Source: Felis catus (Eukaryota). From it: a DNA stretch of 64,000 bases. The notes below the pieces were generated by a model that made no database searches, was not told the DNA's origin, and saw only the letters and a list, made by a program, of their open reading frames with translations. The position numbers and the translations under genes are program-made. Where the stretch lies: assembly GCF_018350175.1 (NCBI RefSeq), contig NC_058382.1:59894001-59958000 (forward strand), given 5' to 3'. Position 1 is the first letter of the stretch. Each line of letters starts with the position of its first letter. This document shows positions 52,535 to 64,000 of the stretch, piece after piece.

Positions 52535-52996
52535 TTATTTTTAATTTTTAAAAATTGTTTAACGTTCATTTATCTTTGAGAGACAGAGAGAGACACAGTG
52601 TGAGCAGGGAAAAGGGGCAGAGAGAGAGAGAGACGCAGAATGTGAAGCAGGCTCCAGGCTCCGAGCTGTCAGCACAGAGCCCGATGCGAGCCTTGAACCC
52701 ACAGACTGTTAGATCACGACCTGAGCCAAAGTCAGACGCTTAACTGACCGAGCCACCCAGGCGCCCCTCTTTTTTTTTTTTTTAATTTTTTTAATGTTTA
52801 TTTATTTTTGACATAGAGAGAGACAAAGGGTGAGTGGGGAGGGGCAGAGAGAAAGAGGGAGACCCAGAATCTGAAGCAGGCTCCAGGCTCTGAGCTGTCA
52901 GCACGGAGCCTGCCGCGGAGCTTGAACCCACAAACCACAACACCAAGATCTGAGCTGAAGTCAGCCTCTTAAGCGAGGGAGCCACCCAGGTGTCCC
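52535..52996 (-). mobile_element. Two tandem minus-strand Can-SINEs (52535-52766, 52770-52996)
   Basis: Two reverse heads (GCCACCCAGGCGCCCC; GCCACCCAGGTGTCCC) with T tails. Confidence 0.92.
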
Positions 52997-53167
52997 AAAT
53001 CCTGGCTTTTAAAGTCCCTGGTGGCTCCACGATTTGTGGGGTGACATATCCTCATCACCAAGACCCACCTTGGGCTCGGGGGTCAGGATGGGCTGCTGGT
53101 TCGGCCTGGGTGTGGCTCACCCATCCAGACTCCCCTTCTCTGTCTGAGGCCACATGGTAGGTAAGAG

Positions 53168-53612
53168 GCCGGCAGAGTAACAGCCCCCGGGACGTCCACA
53201 TCCTAATCCCTGGAAGTTGTGAGTACGTTACAGAGCAAAAGGGACTTTGCAGATGTGGTTCAGTTCAGGACCTTGAGGGGCGGAGATGGTCCTGGGGCAT
53301 CCACACTGGCACAGTGTCCTCACAAGAGAGGGGCAGTCGGTCACAGAGGAGCAAGATGCCACGCCGATGGCTTTGCACACGGGGGAGGGGCTACAAGCCA
53401 AGGAACGCAGGTGCCTTCCAGAAGCTGGGGAAGGCCAAGAAACGGATCCTACCCAGGGCTTCCAGAAGGAACCAGCTTTACGGATACCTGGACGTTAGTC
53501 CCAGCAGCCCTGTGTCAGACTTCTGGTCTCCAGGACTGCCAGACGATAAAGTTCTGTCTAAGCCACCGGTTTGGGGGCCATTTGTCAGAGCAGCCCCAGA
53601 AAGGCGACGAGA
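53168..53612 (+). mobile_element. MaLR LTR (MLT1D-like)
   Basis: GTCCACATCCTAATCCCTGGAA...GCAAAAGGGACTTTGCAGATGTG. Confidence 0.82.
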
Positions 53613-53664
53613 TGAGCACGTGTCCGTGGAATGAACAGATCTGTATTGTCCTTGTTTGCTTCCT

Positions 53665-54720
53665 CACCACCCTCTTCTTTAATGTAAACGTGTTACGAAA
53701 GGATCACGTGCACTCCGTAGGCTGCTCAGATCCTCGGCGTGCGCGGCTCGATGGCTGTCACGAGGTCACTGCTGTGGAACCGGAACCAGAACGCCACCTG
53801 CACACAAAGCCGCTTCCGGAACTCGCCTGTCTTAGCCCTGCTTCGAGCATCTGCAGAGGTGAATGACATCCCCTGCCCAGTTCACGTCTACTGGAACCAC
53901 AGAACGTGGCCTCATTTGGAAACAGGGGCTTTGCAGATGAAACTGCGATCCAGTGAGGCCATGCTGGAGAAGGGTGGGCCACAAATCCAGTGACTGCCGT
54001 CCTCGTGAGGACAGGGAGATCTGGACACAGACGCGCACAGGAGAGACCTCGTGAAGACAGAGGCGGGGACTTGAGGGGCGCGGCCACCAGCCAAGGGACA
54101 CGTGGAGCCGCCAGGAGCTGGAAGAGGCAGGAAGGACCCCGTCCTGGAGCTTCGGGGGGCACTCGGCCCTGCAGACGCCTCGGCCTCCAGAACAGCGAGG
54201 GGATAAATGTCTGCTGTTCAAGCCCCTGTCTGTGTGGACGTGTTCCTGCGGCCCCAGGACACTGACACGAAGCATCACTACCACCTGCTGTGCACACTCA
54301 CTGATCACGCCCCGAGTTCCAGACGTCCCGAGAACAGGAGCAGGCGGCAGGAGGCTCTGGGTGCAGCCTTCTCTCGCCCGGACGTGGGTCCGTGGAACCT
54401 CTCCACGTGGCCATGCTTGGCCACGGCCCATCCTCCTCACCAGTATCTGTTATCCCAGCGTGTGGCCACCTTTCTCCTTTCTGGGATTCTCGGACTTGTG
54501 GGCGGTTCCCAGTGTGGGTCGCCGGGACCAGCACGGCGGCCAACATCCTCGCACACGCCCCGGGGTGCGTGTGCACACGACTCTCAGGTGGACACACACC
54601 CACGAGGGGGGGCCGCTGAGTCACAGGCCCTGGGAAACACTGCCTGAATGTTTCCAGAGGGGCTGAACTCGTTTACGCCCCTTCGCAGCGCAAAGTGTGA
54701 AAATGAGGAACGCCGTGGAT
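53665..54720 (-). mobile_element. GC-shifted old L1M 3' end interrupted by a + strand MLT1 LTR (53852-54268)
   Basis: The MLT1 part is clear (CAGAACGTGGCCTCATTTGGAAACAGGGGCTTTGCAGATG); the flanks resemble reverse L1 3' end (GCTGAGTCACAGG...ACTGCC...TTTCCAGAGGGGCTG). Confidence 0.55.
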
Positions 54721-56198
54721 GGGGGGCGCCTCGCGTCCTCTTAGCCAAGAGCGATGAGGACCACGGAGAGAAAGTAGGGGGCGGGGAGGGGTCAGGAGGC
54801 ACGGTGACCCAGGGGAGACGTCTCTGCACGGCGTTTTCGCCGCCCACGGAGCCGTGAGAGGCGCACGCAGAGCTGGACTGAAACAGTGCCGATTGCTGGG
54901 ACGGCAGAGGGTGGTTCCTCTCACGAGAGTCACTGAGGTCCCCCGGATCCCCGGCCCGCAGGCCTCGCGGAACGCGTGTGTCGGGACGCCCGCGGAAGCG
55001 GGTTCTGTCGTCTGGGAGGCTCCCAGCGGTGGTCCTGAGTTCCCCACGTCTGGTGAGAGACAGTTTCCTCTGGGGCCGAAGGAAGGCGGCAGGAGTCAGC
55101 TAGTGGCCAGCTCCAGTGTCCAGAGAGGCCAGGGATTCTCGGCCCTCCTGCTTTGCCCTGGGGGTGGTATTGGGAACCCTGTTTTATCAGCCCCCAGACT
55201 CCCTGGGCTTCTTCGGACTCCTCACGGGCACGACGGAACCAGAGTTCTAGTGAAGACAGAGAGGAGAGAGGGGGCAAGGGGACAGACCACCTCCCCTTTG
55301 TCCCGCGGCCTGGCGTGGGCTCCCCGAAGGCAGGCTCCGAGCCAGAGGTGGGAGGTGGGGGCTGACTGGGGTGGCCCCACTGGGCAGAGGGGACACCCGG
55401 CTGTGTGCGGTCATGACAGAGGCCTCGGCCGACCCCACGGGAGCCTGGGGCTGGGACGGCTGCAGGAATTGTCCCAAGGTGGGGCGGACGGGCCTCGGCA
55501 CATGTCCAGCCAGCGGCGGACGCCGGTCACCTGCAGATAGGCAAGTGGACCCTCCGGCCAAGGGCAAGTCTGGGGGAGCCCTGCGGGGAGCGGCCAGCAG
55601 CCACCCTGGGAAGGCGAGACCCAGGCCTGACGGGGCCTCTGGGCCGCGCCAGACGGCGCCCACTCCCGCAGCCGGGACCGAGCCAGGCGCCAGCGCTGTC
55701 ATCCCGGGCGGCTCCTGGAGGCGGCGGGAGCTTTCACACAGGACGGTGCACCTGCCTCGTGCCCTTGGCATGGCCGGCGTGCTGCAGGCCACCCCCGGGG
55801 GTCTTGGTTCGGGACCCTGCCGCGTCCAGCAGGGAAGCGGCAGGAGGAGCTCAGTTGGTCTCTACCACAACTGGAGCCCAGAGGGAGGGCTCCCCCCACC
55901 CTCCACTCCTCTGGGCTCCCCCCCTGCGTGTGGGCTGGCCTCCCGGCCCTGCTGTGCTCAGCCTCGTCTGGGGTAGGGAACCACCTCTGCCAGGAGCCTT
56001 CCCCGGGGCCGCTGCGCTTCTCCCGCAGGGCTCACCGAGCCACGCACGCACGCTGCTCCTGAAGCAGGTGCTGGGAAGGGGTGTGCGTGTGCCCCTGGGC
56101 CACTGTGTCCCCTGCAGCTGGCAATGGCCTCGGGCTCCTGGAAGGGAAGGGGTTCCTGGAGTGGACAGGGGGAGGGGGAGGAAGGATGCAGCATGGGC

Positions 56199-56340
56199 CA
56201 CTTCCCTTAACCCCTACCACCCAGGAGACGGGTGGATACACCTGGCACACCCACATCACAGGTGGGTAAACTGAGGCTCTGAGAGGGGAGCAATGAGTTG
56301 CATAGCTGGAGAGGGGTGGGCCCGGACCCTCTCAGACCCC
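56199..56340 (-). mobile_element. MIR
   Basis: ACAGGTGGGTAAACTGAGGCTCTGAGAGG core. Confidence 0.65.
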
Positions 56341-56659
56341 GGGAGGGCCGACAGGACAGCTCGTCCCCCTCTCCCGCTTCCAGCTAAGTGTCTCCAGGAA
56401 TCTCCAGAAAATGTTCTTACAGGTGAGCGAGGAAAAGAAGCCAAAGGCAATTCACAAGATCCCGTAAACCTCGAGGGGTGGAGAGAGGGCTCTGTGTACA
56501 GGGAGCAGCCACAATACGCCCCGCAGGTGGGAGGGGAGTGGCAGTGAGTAGGCGAGGAGGCAGGGAAGAGTGGCTCGGTGAGGACACAGCACGTGCAAAA
56601 ACCCTGAGGTGTGTCCCAGGCACAGAATGTTCTAGAAATAAAAGAAGGCCATCGGGGGG

Positions 56660-56850
56660 GGGGCACCTGGGTGCCGCAATCTGCTGAACTTCTCACTCTT
56701 GATCCCGGCTCAGGTCACGATCTCACAGTTCATGAGTTTGAGCCCCGATCCTCTCTCTCCCTCTCTCGGCCCCTCCCCCCACTTGTTTTCTCTCGCTCTC
56801 CCTCTCTCTCTCTCTCTCAAAATAAATAAAATAAACTTAAAAGATTAAAA
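56660..56850 (+). mobile_element. Can-SINE with internal deletion
   Basis: Head to GAGCCCCG then jumps to ATCCTCTCTC; TSD-like AAGAAGGCCA. Confidence 0.85.
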
Positions 56851-57540
56851 GAAGAAGAAGAAGGCCACCAAGGACGGGACGCAAGGGGGAGGCGGTTCAA
56901 CAAAGTTTGCAAAAGGAGGCGGGTGGCAGATGTGTCCTGGGAACCCTGAAGGAGTGGGAGCAGCACACATTGCATCGTGTCCTTTACGTGTTTGCTCCTG
57001 GAACCTGGCACATGTTTACTTGGTTGAGGGTAGAGACGGTGAACAAACAGGGCTCAGGACAGAAGCCTGTGGCCGAGCCCCAGGTGCCGGCGCCCCGAAG
57101 ATGGACGGGGATGCGCTGGGTGCCTCTGGCTCACACAGCGGCACGAAGGTAGCATCCCGCAGCCGGTCTTCCCGTCTTTGGGGCACGAGGATCCAGGAAG
57201 CCTTACCAGACGCCTGCACTGCTCTGCCAGTCCAGCCGATCCCAGGCCCCCAGGCCCCCCAAAAAACCCAGGCCAGCCCGATGGGTATTTCCAGAGAGCC
57301 TCCGGCCCCAGGGGTCACCTCCCTTTGTGACAGCTCACACATGATCCTTCCAGAATGGGCTCTGGAGGCTTCCCAGGCCTGGACGACTTTCCTGCGGGGG
57401 TTTGTGAGGCCTCCCCTTTCCCAGAGAGCAACTCGGGTGGTCCCCACCCTTCTCCTTCCAGCCTTCCATAGGTGAGAGCACTTTCCCGTTCTTTCTGCGT
57501 GTACCCTCGAATGCACCCATCTAAGCCCACTGCTTAAGCC

Positions 57541-58218
57541 CATTACTGATGAAGTTTAGGGGTGATGGGGGTGTGGACCAGAGCTGACGGCCAAGAAAGA
57601 ATTCTTGGTGCAAAAAGGTGATTTTATTAAAGCACGGGGGACGGACCCGTGGGCGGGAAGAGCTGCCCTGGGGTCGTGACGGGTGACTCATCATATCCCC
57701 TCAGGTTGGGAGCAGGGCAGAGAGAGAGTAAGTCTCTAAGGAATTTTGGAGGCAAGGTTTCCAGGACCTTGAGGGGCTAGCTGTTGCTAGGGAAATGCCA
57801 TTTATTACCGTTTAATAAAACCTCAGTCACGAGACCTTCCGATGTATATCAGGGGCCATAAGCTTGGAGTAGGATTGCCAGCATGTATTTTGGGTCAGTT
57901 GAGATAAAGAAGTTGACTTACAGGATCCTCAGGTTGGGAGGTTGGATGATGTTAAGCTAAGATTCCCTTCTGCCCCCAGCAAAGTGTCACCACGGAGGCA
58001 GCTGAGCTCCCAGAGGGAGGTCACTGCCGGTTTCAGGGACTCGTCAGTGGGCTGTAGGCAGCAAGGGAATTTAATTTTTCATTTGCCTTAGTCTCCCCCA
58101 TCACCATGGCAAGCCCTTAACCCCCTTTCCTGTGTTCTGGGGTAGCTGGGAGAGTCCAAGGAACATCTCACATATTCCCCTGGGCGGGGGGGAGGGGGTG
58201 TGCTGTGTTCCCTTATCA
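57541..58218 (-). mobile_element. Carnivore ERV solo LTR (CarLTR-like)
   Basis: TTACTGATGAAGTT...GGCCAAGAAAGAATTCTTGGTGCAAAAAGGTGATTTTATTAAAGCACGGGG (minus-strand AATAAA); ends CCTTATCA; AP-1 site TGACTCA at 57684. No clear TSD. Confidence 0.65.
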
Positions 58219-58464
58219 ATCACTACCAGTTCATTATCACCCCTCCCCGCCCTCCGCCAGAAGCCCGGGAAGAGAACCGGGGAGGGGGCAGGACACGCGC
58301 TTTTGTACAGACCTGGGACCCTTTGAGCCGTGTACATTTGCAAAGATCACCTAGTGAATAACATGTAATTAGCGAAAACAATCAGATCGTTGGTGTTTGG
58401 TAGAGAGGACAAAATCCTGACGGGGTTCATGCTCTCAGCAGACTGAGGGACTCCCACTCCGGTG

Positions 58465-58550
58465 CTCACGCTCTCTGCCTCAGTTTCTCCATCTGTAAAA
58501 TGGCCTCGGTGCAGCCCTTTGTGATCCTAACTCACAGTAGCCTGGGGACA
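58465..58550 (+). mobile_element. MIR core
   Basis: CTCTCTGCCTCAGTTTCTCCATCTGTAAAATGG. Confidence 0.7.
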
Positions 58551-59353
58551 CAGCTGGTTCCTTGGGCTGTCTTTGTCATGTTGACAAGCCCATCAAATCA
58601 AATCACATCAAATCAAATCGCAGTGACCCAGCCCTGCAGGAGCAAGCCCTGTCAGGGCTGAGATCCCCTCAGGGAAAGGGTGGAGGAGTCTGCCCCGGGT
58701 GACTCCCGGGGACAGGAGGTGCGGCCTCTGGGTGTGGAGCCCCAAAGATAATCCCAGTGGGAGTTTCAGAACCCTCTCCTGGGGGCGGTAGTAAGGTCCT
58801 GAGAGGTCCCCTGACCCTCCTCCCAAGGAGGCCTCGTCCAGACGGAGACCGAGGTGCACCATCGACCAGCTGATGTCTCAGACGCACCTGGCCCCTTAAA
58901 GGGCTCTCAGAGCCTCTGCTGAGGCACCAGGTCCCAGAAGGCAGGAGGATGGCTCCAGGCGGCCGGTGACTTCTGGGACCCTGCGAATGTGCAACTGCTG
59001 ACATGCTTCTCACGAGCCTGAGGTCTCTGGCAAGACACGAGAGTCCCTTGCCCCTCACCCGGCGTTACACTGGGGCCCCGTGAGCATCACGTCCAGCCCT
59101 CGACGGGCGAGGAGCCCACGGCGGGAGCTGGCGAGGAAGGGGTGCCAATGCCCCGTCCTCACGTGGGGGGTGGGACCTGCGGTCGGCGGGCCACACGGAG
59201 AACCCACAGCAAGATCGAGGCGGATGCCAGGCAGCATAGCACCCAGCGTGCGCTGCAAAACCATGTCGAAAAGGGCACAAACCCTGGGGGCACGGCACGT
59301 CTCAGACGGCCTGGCGATTTGTAAAAGCTAATTTAAAAAGTACTGTTTCTGTG

Positions 59354-59834
59354 GGGGCGCCTGGATGGCTCAGTCGGTTGAGCGTCCGACTTCAGCTCAG
59401 GTCAGGATTTCACAGTCTGTGGGTTCGAGCCCCGCATTGGGCTCTGTGCTGACAGCTCGGAGCCTGGATCCTGCTTCGGATTCTGTGTCTCTCCCTCTCT
59501 CTGCCCCTACCCTGCTCGCTCAATCTGTCTCTCTCCCTAAGATAAACATTAAAAAAAAAAAGGTACAAATTTCCAGTTCTAAAATAAGTCTATCTTGGCG
59601 ATGCATATCATATAGCAGGGTGACTACAGTTAATAATACTGTGCTGTTGGGAGTGCTGTTGGGGGCGCTCAGGTCATGATCTCCCAGTCCGTGGGTTCGA
59701 GCCCCGCATTGGGCTCTGTGCTGACAACTCGGAGCCTGGATCCTGCTTCGGATTCTGTGTCTCCCTCTCTCTCTGCCCCTCCCCACTCGCTGTCTCTCTC
59801 TCTCTCTCTCAAAAGTAAACATTAAAAAAATTTT
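59354..59834 (+). mobile_element. Composite: Can-SINE + L1MA 3'UTR fragment + 5'-deleted Can-SINE
   Basis: SINE 59354-59560; L1-like GGTACAAATTTCCAGTT...GGTGACTACAGTTAATAATACTGT 59561-59645; SINE 59662-59834; outer TSD AAAGTAC(T/C)GTTT(C/T)TGTG. Confidence 0.85.
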
Positions 59835-61513
59835 AAAGTACCGTTTTTGTGAGCGAGTCAGTCGTCCTTGCGATTCAAGACACAAAAGGAAAAAAGGGCA
59901 AACGGCAAAAATCCCTTTTCCTGCCACGTCCCCAGGTACCGGGGTTCCCGATCTAGAGGATCCCAAGGTGACTGACCTCCACAAGACTCGCCCAGAGATG
60001 CTCTGTCGTCAGGGAAATACGTTTGTACGCTCTCCGCCCCCCCTTCAGTGAAACAGTGGCACGTCCTGTCCAAGGTTTGCACCTTGCTGGCCCCGCGAAG
60101 TGATTCGCACTGTTCACAGGCCGCACGATATACCACGTACGGGGAACAACCTGGTGGTTTTGGGCACGCTCGCCCGGCTGTGCCGTCACCGCCACCGCGG
60201 GGGTCAGGACAGGCTCCCCCCGGGGGTCTGTCGTCCCCGCCGCATCCTGCTCCCCTTCCCACAACCCGCTGCCTGCGGGGCCACCGGCACTGAAGACACA
60301 GGGGACAGACCAGGCGGCCTCCGTGCCCGTTTCCTGCTTCCCCGCGGGGCACCCGCGTCTCCACACTCGTCACACTGGGAACTCCGCACACGCGTGGGTT
60401 CACTGGACGGATGCGTCCCCCCGCGCGGACAGGAAGTTCACTGAGACCGCGTGCCCCGTGGCCAGCAGGAGCCCCCACAAAGGGAGGAAAGTGAGGCCAG
60501 GGTCTCCACGCGTGGGGCCCCGTGAGGGGGGCTGGCAGGGGACACCATGGGAGGGTACAGAACACACGCCCCGTCCTCATCCGGACGCCGCTGAGGCTCC
60601 GCGAGCCCCGCCACCCTGGAGAAGAGCCAAGGCTGACAAGCCCTCCCCCTCCGTGTTCTGAAAGCGGCTGCCAAGAAGCCAAGAAGCCCCCGCCCCTGGG
60701 ACTGGAGACCCTCACCCGTGACAGGCCCGACGCGGGCCCTCAAACTGCCTCTGCGCCCTGGCAGCGACGAGCGCAGCCGCCCTACCCCACGGATCCGCCG
60801 GAACAAAATGCCCACTGACCAAGCCGTGGTCCGGCCTCCCGTCCTCCCCAGACCCCCGACCCCGGTGTCGCTCAGGGCCAGCCGGCAGCCCGGCCTCTGG
60901 GTGGGGGGGACACTCCTCTAGCAGCGCCCCACCTGGCCGCTCTCCCCCCACCCCCACCCCGGACCCTTCCCTTAGCTCCGGGGGGGGGGGGATGTCTAAG
61001 ATGATTGTAGGAAGACCCCCCCCCCCAACCACACACACACACACCGCACCCAGCCCGGTGCCTACAGGTTCAGCGTCGGAACAGCATTCTCTCCCAACAG
61101 TGACAGCCTACCCCTTCCAAATAACGTCTCTCCTTACTCAGTCCAGGCTTGGGTTTTATTTGACAAATCCCCCCCCTGTGGGATCCACACCGATCTCAAG
61201 GGACCGAGTGGAGCCCAGAATCAAACAGGAACAGCTCAAATGGAAGAAGTCCGGACTCGGCCCCCAGCCCACGATGTGGCTCTTTGAGGGCGAGGCTGAG
61301 CATCCACGCGGCCATCAAGGCCGGGAGAAGTGTCAGTGAGAGAACAGGGAGGGGTGGCAGTCTCATCCAGGGACACCCTCCCGCTCCCCCGGCTGTCCAG
61401 GAGGGGAAACCGTGGCCCTTCGGAAACGCTGGGGACGCATTCACTGACGAGAGAAGTCAGCTTCGTGCTTGCCCAACGGAGTGCGGGTGGTTCATCAAGA
61501 CGGGAGAGCGGCT

Positions 61514-61743
61514 GGGGCGCCTGGGTGGCGCAGTCGGTTAAGCGTCCGACTTCAGCCAGGTCACGATCTCGCGGCCCGTGAGTTCGAGCCCCGCGTCAGG
61601 CTCTGGGCTGATGGCTCAGAGCCTGGAGCCTGTTTCCGATTCTGTGTCTCCCTCTCTCTCTGCCCCTCCCCCATTCATGCTCTGTCTCTCTCAGTCCCAA
61701 AAATAAATAAAAACGTTGAAAAAAAAATTAAAAAAAAAAAAAA
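61514..61743 (+). mobile_element. Young felid SINE (SINEC_Fc-like), full length
   Basis: CpG-intact body (CGTCCGACTTCAGCCAGGTCACGATCTCGCGG), long poly(A), perfect 16-bp TSD AAGACGGGAGAGCGGC (61497-61512 / 61744-61759). Confidence 0.96.
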
Positions 61744-64000
61744 AAGACGGGAGAGCGGCCGGCCAGCCTGGGGGTTCGAGCCCCGCATGGTGGGCCTGAC
61801 CGCCTCCTCGCCCAGGAGCCCCCCACGCGGCTTCCCCAAGCGGCCTCCCCCCAGGGGGGTGGGCGGGACTGGGTGGGGCTCTGGCGCACAGGGGCGGCTC
61901 GCAGGGACCACCAGGAGGGCGGGGACAGAGCCACGCCTTGCCTTGGGGCCCCAGCCCTCCTTCCCAGCCCTCCTTCGAGGGGGGACGGGCCTTCCCCGGG
62001 GCCACATGCCGCTAGGCAGCCAGCCTGCACAGAGGCCGCGGAGGGAGCGAGAGCTTCTGGAGCCTTCCGTGCCCTCTTGGATCCGGACAGGATTTGTTCT
62101 CCAGCGGAGCTGGTAGAGACACGCTCTGTCAGCTGTCCACTCCCCCCCAGGGCTGTGTGTGTTCTTGCATTTTTTTTGACTTTAATTACATCGTCGAGCT
62201 CCTACTTGCAGGATTAAATCACTCTTTGGATAAGAGTAAGATCCGGGTCTTGCCTGAACTGGACCCCGAGAGTCCAGAGGGCGGCCCTTGGCCTGCTTGG
62301 CGTGCGGGCACGCAGGACTCCCGGGCCGCAGGGGGGACCCGTCTAGTGTGTGCAGCCCGCGCGCATGCAGGGGAGAGGGCCTGTCTGCTTTCACCGGGGA
62401 GGGCGCCCAAGGACTTGGGCTCCAGGCCCGGGGCCCCTCCCTCCTTCCCCATGTGCAGGGGCTGGCCCGGAGGGGGCCGAGGATTTGGACTCTGGAGGCC
62501 ACACAAGTTCCTGTATTCAGGGGGCTCAGAAAGGGCCTCGGCTGGAGGCAGGTGCACGCGCAGGGGGAGCTCCGGGCGGTCGCACCGCCCCCTCCCTGGG
62601 GTCCTTGTGACACCCTGGGGCTCCTGAGCTCTGTCACCTGGCCCAGATGTCCCATCCCCTCCAGCTGTGCTCGGAATCCCCATTCCACTTGCCTGACCCC
62701 TCTTCCTGCGGCCACCGAAACCCTGTACCGTTGGTGCAACCGGCTAATCGCACGGGCGATGGTGCGGGTTTCGCGGTCGCTGGCCTGACCCAGCCCACCC
62801 CCTCACGGGCTCTCCAGACGAGCACCTGGTGAATTCGGTGAGCCTGGCAGGATTTTCTAGAAACTGGGGGGCCACGAGGGGTCTCCTGTGGCAGCCGGCA
62901 CCCCACAACCTCCCCGCCGCTCCTGCAAACACTTTCTCCTGGCACGGTGGCTGAGTAGGTGCCCTGCCTCGTGGACATCTCTCTCCCCGCTCCACCCCTC
63001 CCTCTGCCCCGTCTCCCTCTCTCCCACCTTCTCTCTCTGCCCACCCCTCACAGGGAGAGCCGGACTGCTGGTGTGTGGCTGTTCCCCATGGGAGGTTTGA
63101 GAACTGTCCTTTACAGGGTCAGGACCCTATTTCATCAACAACAGAGAAAGGGCAGCTGCCCGGGGGCTGGGGCCACGGAACAGTCACAACGAGGTTTCCC
63201 ACGTGCCTCTCTGGGACAGAAGCAGGACTCCTGTGCGAGTGCAGCTGGGCTCCCGGGAGCAGACAGCGGGGTGGCCCGGTACTCGGGCGGGAGTGAGAAC
63301 TGTCGTGGGCACCTGGTCCCCGGGGGCGGGGGGGAGGGTGTCCAGCAGGGGTGTAGCGGGGTCCCCTAGGCCACTCGGCTCCGGGGTTCAGTGTGTAGGG
63401 AGCCCGCGTGTGGTTGGGCCGTGGTGGTCCCGGTGTTCTCGGTGGCAGCAACGGGGACCCGCGCCCGGTGGCTTTCGGGGCCACAGGCAGCACCCCCTCC
63501 CTCTGGTGGGCCCCCTGTCCGCGGGACGGAGCAGATGCTCTCTTCACGGAGCACCCGAACCCTCAGTCCCAGTCTTTCGTGCCCTCGTGCCCCTGACCCG
63601 GGCTCACGAGGCAGCTGCCGCGGACAGTCCTGCCTCATTCACCGAGGCACAGGCTGCGGCTGCCCCGAAACACCCTTTCCGGCCCGGCAGACCCCCGTCC
63701 CGCCGGTCCTCAAGGCCCCGTTCGAAAGCTGACGCTCCGAATGGAGTTTGCCGGAATTGAGTGAGTGCCGTCTGTGGGCCTGTGTCACCGTGGCTCTCGG
63801 CCCCGCTCCACCGGGGGCCGCCCTCCCTCCCGACCCCCAGGTACTCGTGCCTCCCCGTGGTGCTCTCCCCGCCTCGGGGTCTCCTCCATCCGGACTCCAG
63901 CGGCCCCTCCAAGAGGCCGACCTCGACTCTCGCCCAGCCTCTCTGCCTCCTGCCCGGCCTTCGCCACACATCCCGATGCAGGGCCCACGGCCCCCACGTC

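Noticed and set aside
51352..64000. Possible 3' end of SLC7A5, which I recall as the neighbour upstream of KLHDC4 in human (ORF ending QET at 51352; PQET in 62634-63044; minus-strand AATAAA at 61155-61160)
   Set aside because: The peptide matches are 3-4 residues with no flanking LAT1 similarity, and no SLC7A5 coding exon is recognisable in the window.
59000..64000. Second CpG-island promoter
   Set aside because: CpG richness is diffuse across the whole region, including old repeats; no ATG exon or core promoter cluster identified.

Overview
Mammalian genomic DNA, almost certainly a felid (it is dense in Can-SINE / SINEC_Fc-type tRNA-derived SINEs), GC- and CpG-rich. The only protein-coding gene I can support is KLHDC4 (kelch domain containing 4) on the minus strand. 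It has a CpG-island promoter at ~24.3-25.0 kb and coding exons 1-5 (24653-24555, 20405-20314, 16612-16534, 15797-15699, 4456-4320), all with canonical GT-AG boundaries, splicing into one open frame; the gene continues beyond position 1. Positions ~25-64 kb are upstream/intergenic sequence made of SINEs, old L1s, MIR/L2, hAT DNA transposons, many MaLR (MLT1) LTRs and ERV1-type solo LTRs. Nearly all long ORFs in the supplied track are artefacts of GC-richness or repeats. I do not see a new protein-coding system. The most interesting signals are small-scale: tandem competing 5' splice donors at exon 5, a ~520-nt pyrimidine tract just before the exon 2 acceptor, three SINEs stacked in one target site, a poly(A)-only insertion with a TSD, a SINE-L1-SINE composite under one TSD, an intact antisense solo LTR in intron 4, and strong AT-to-GC drift of old L1 copies. 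Repeat family names come from my memory of consensus sequences and need RepeatMasker/Dfam confirmation; repeat boundaries are approximate unless a TSD is given.
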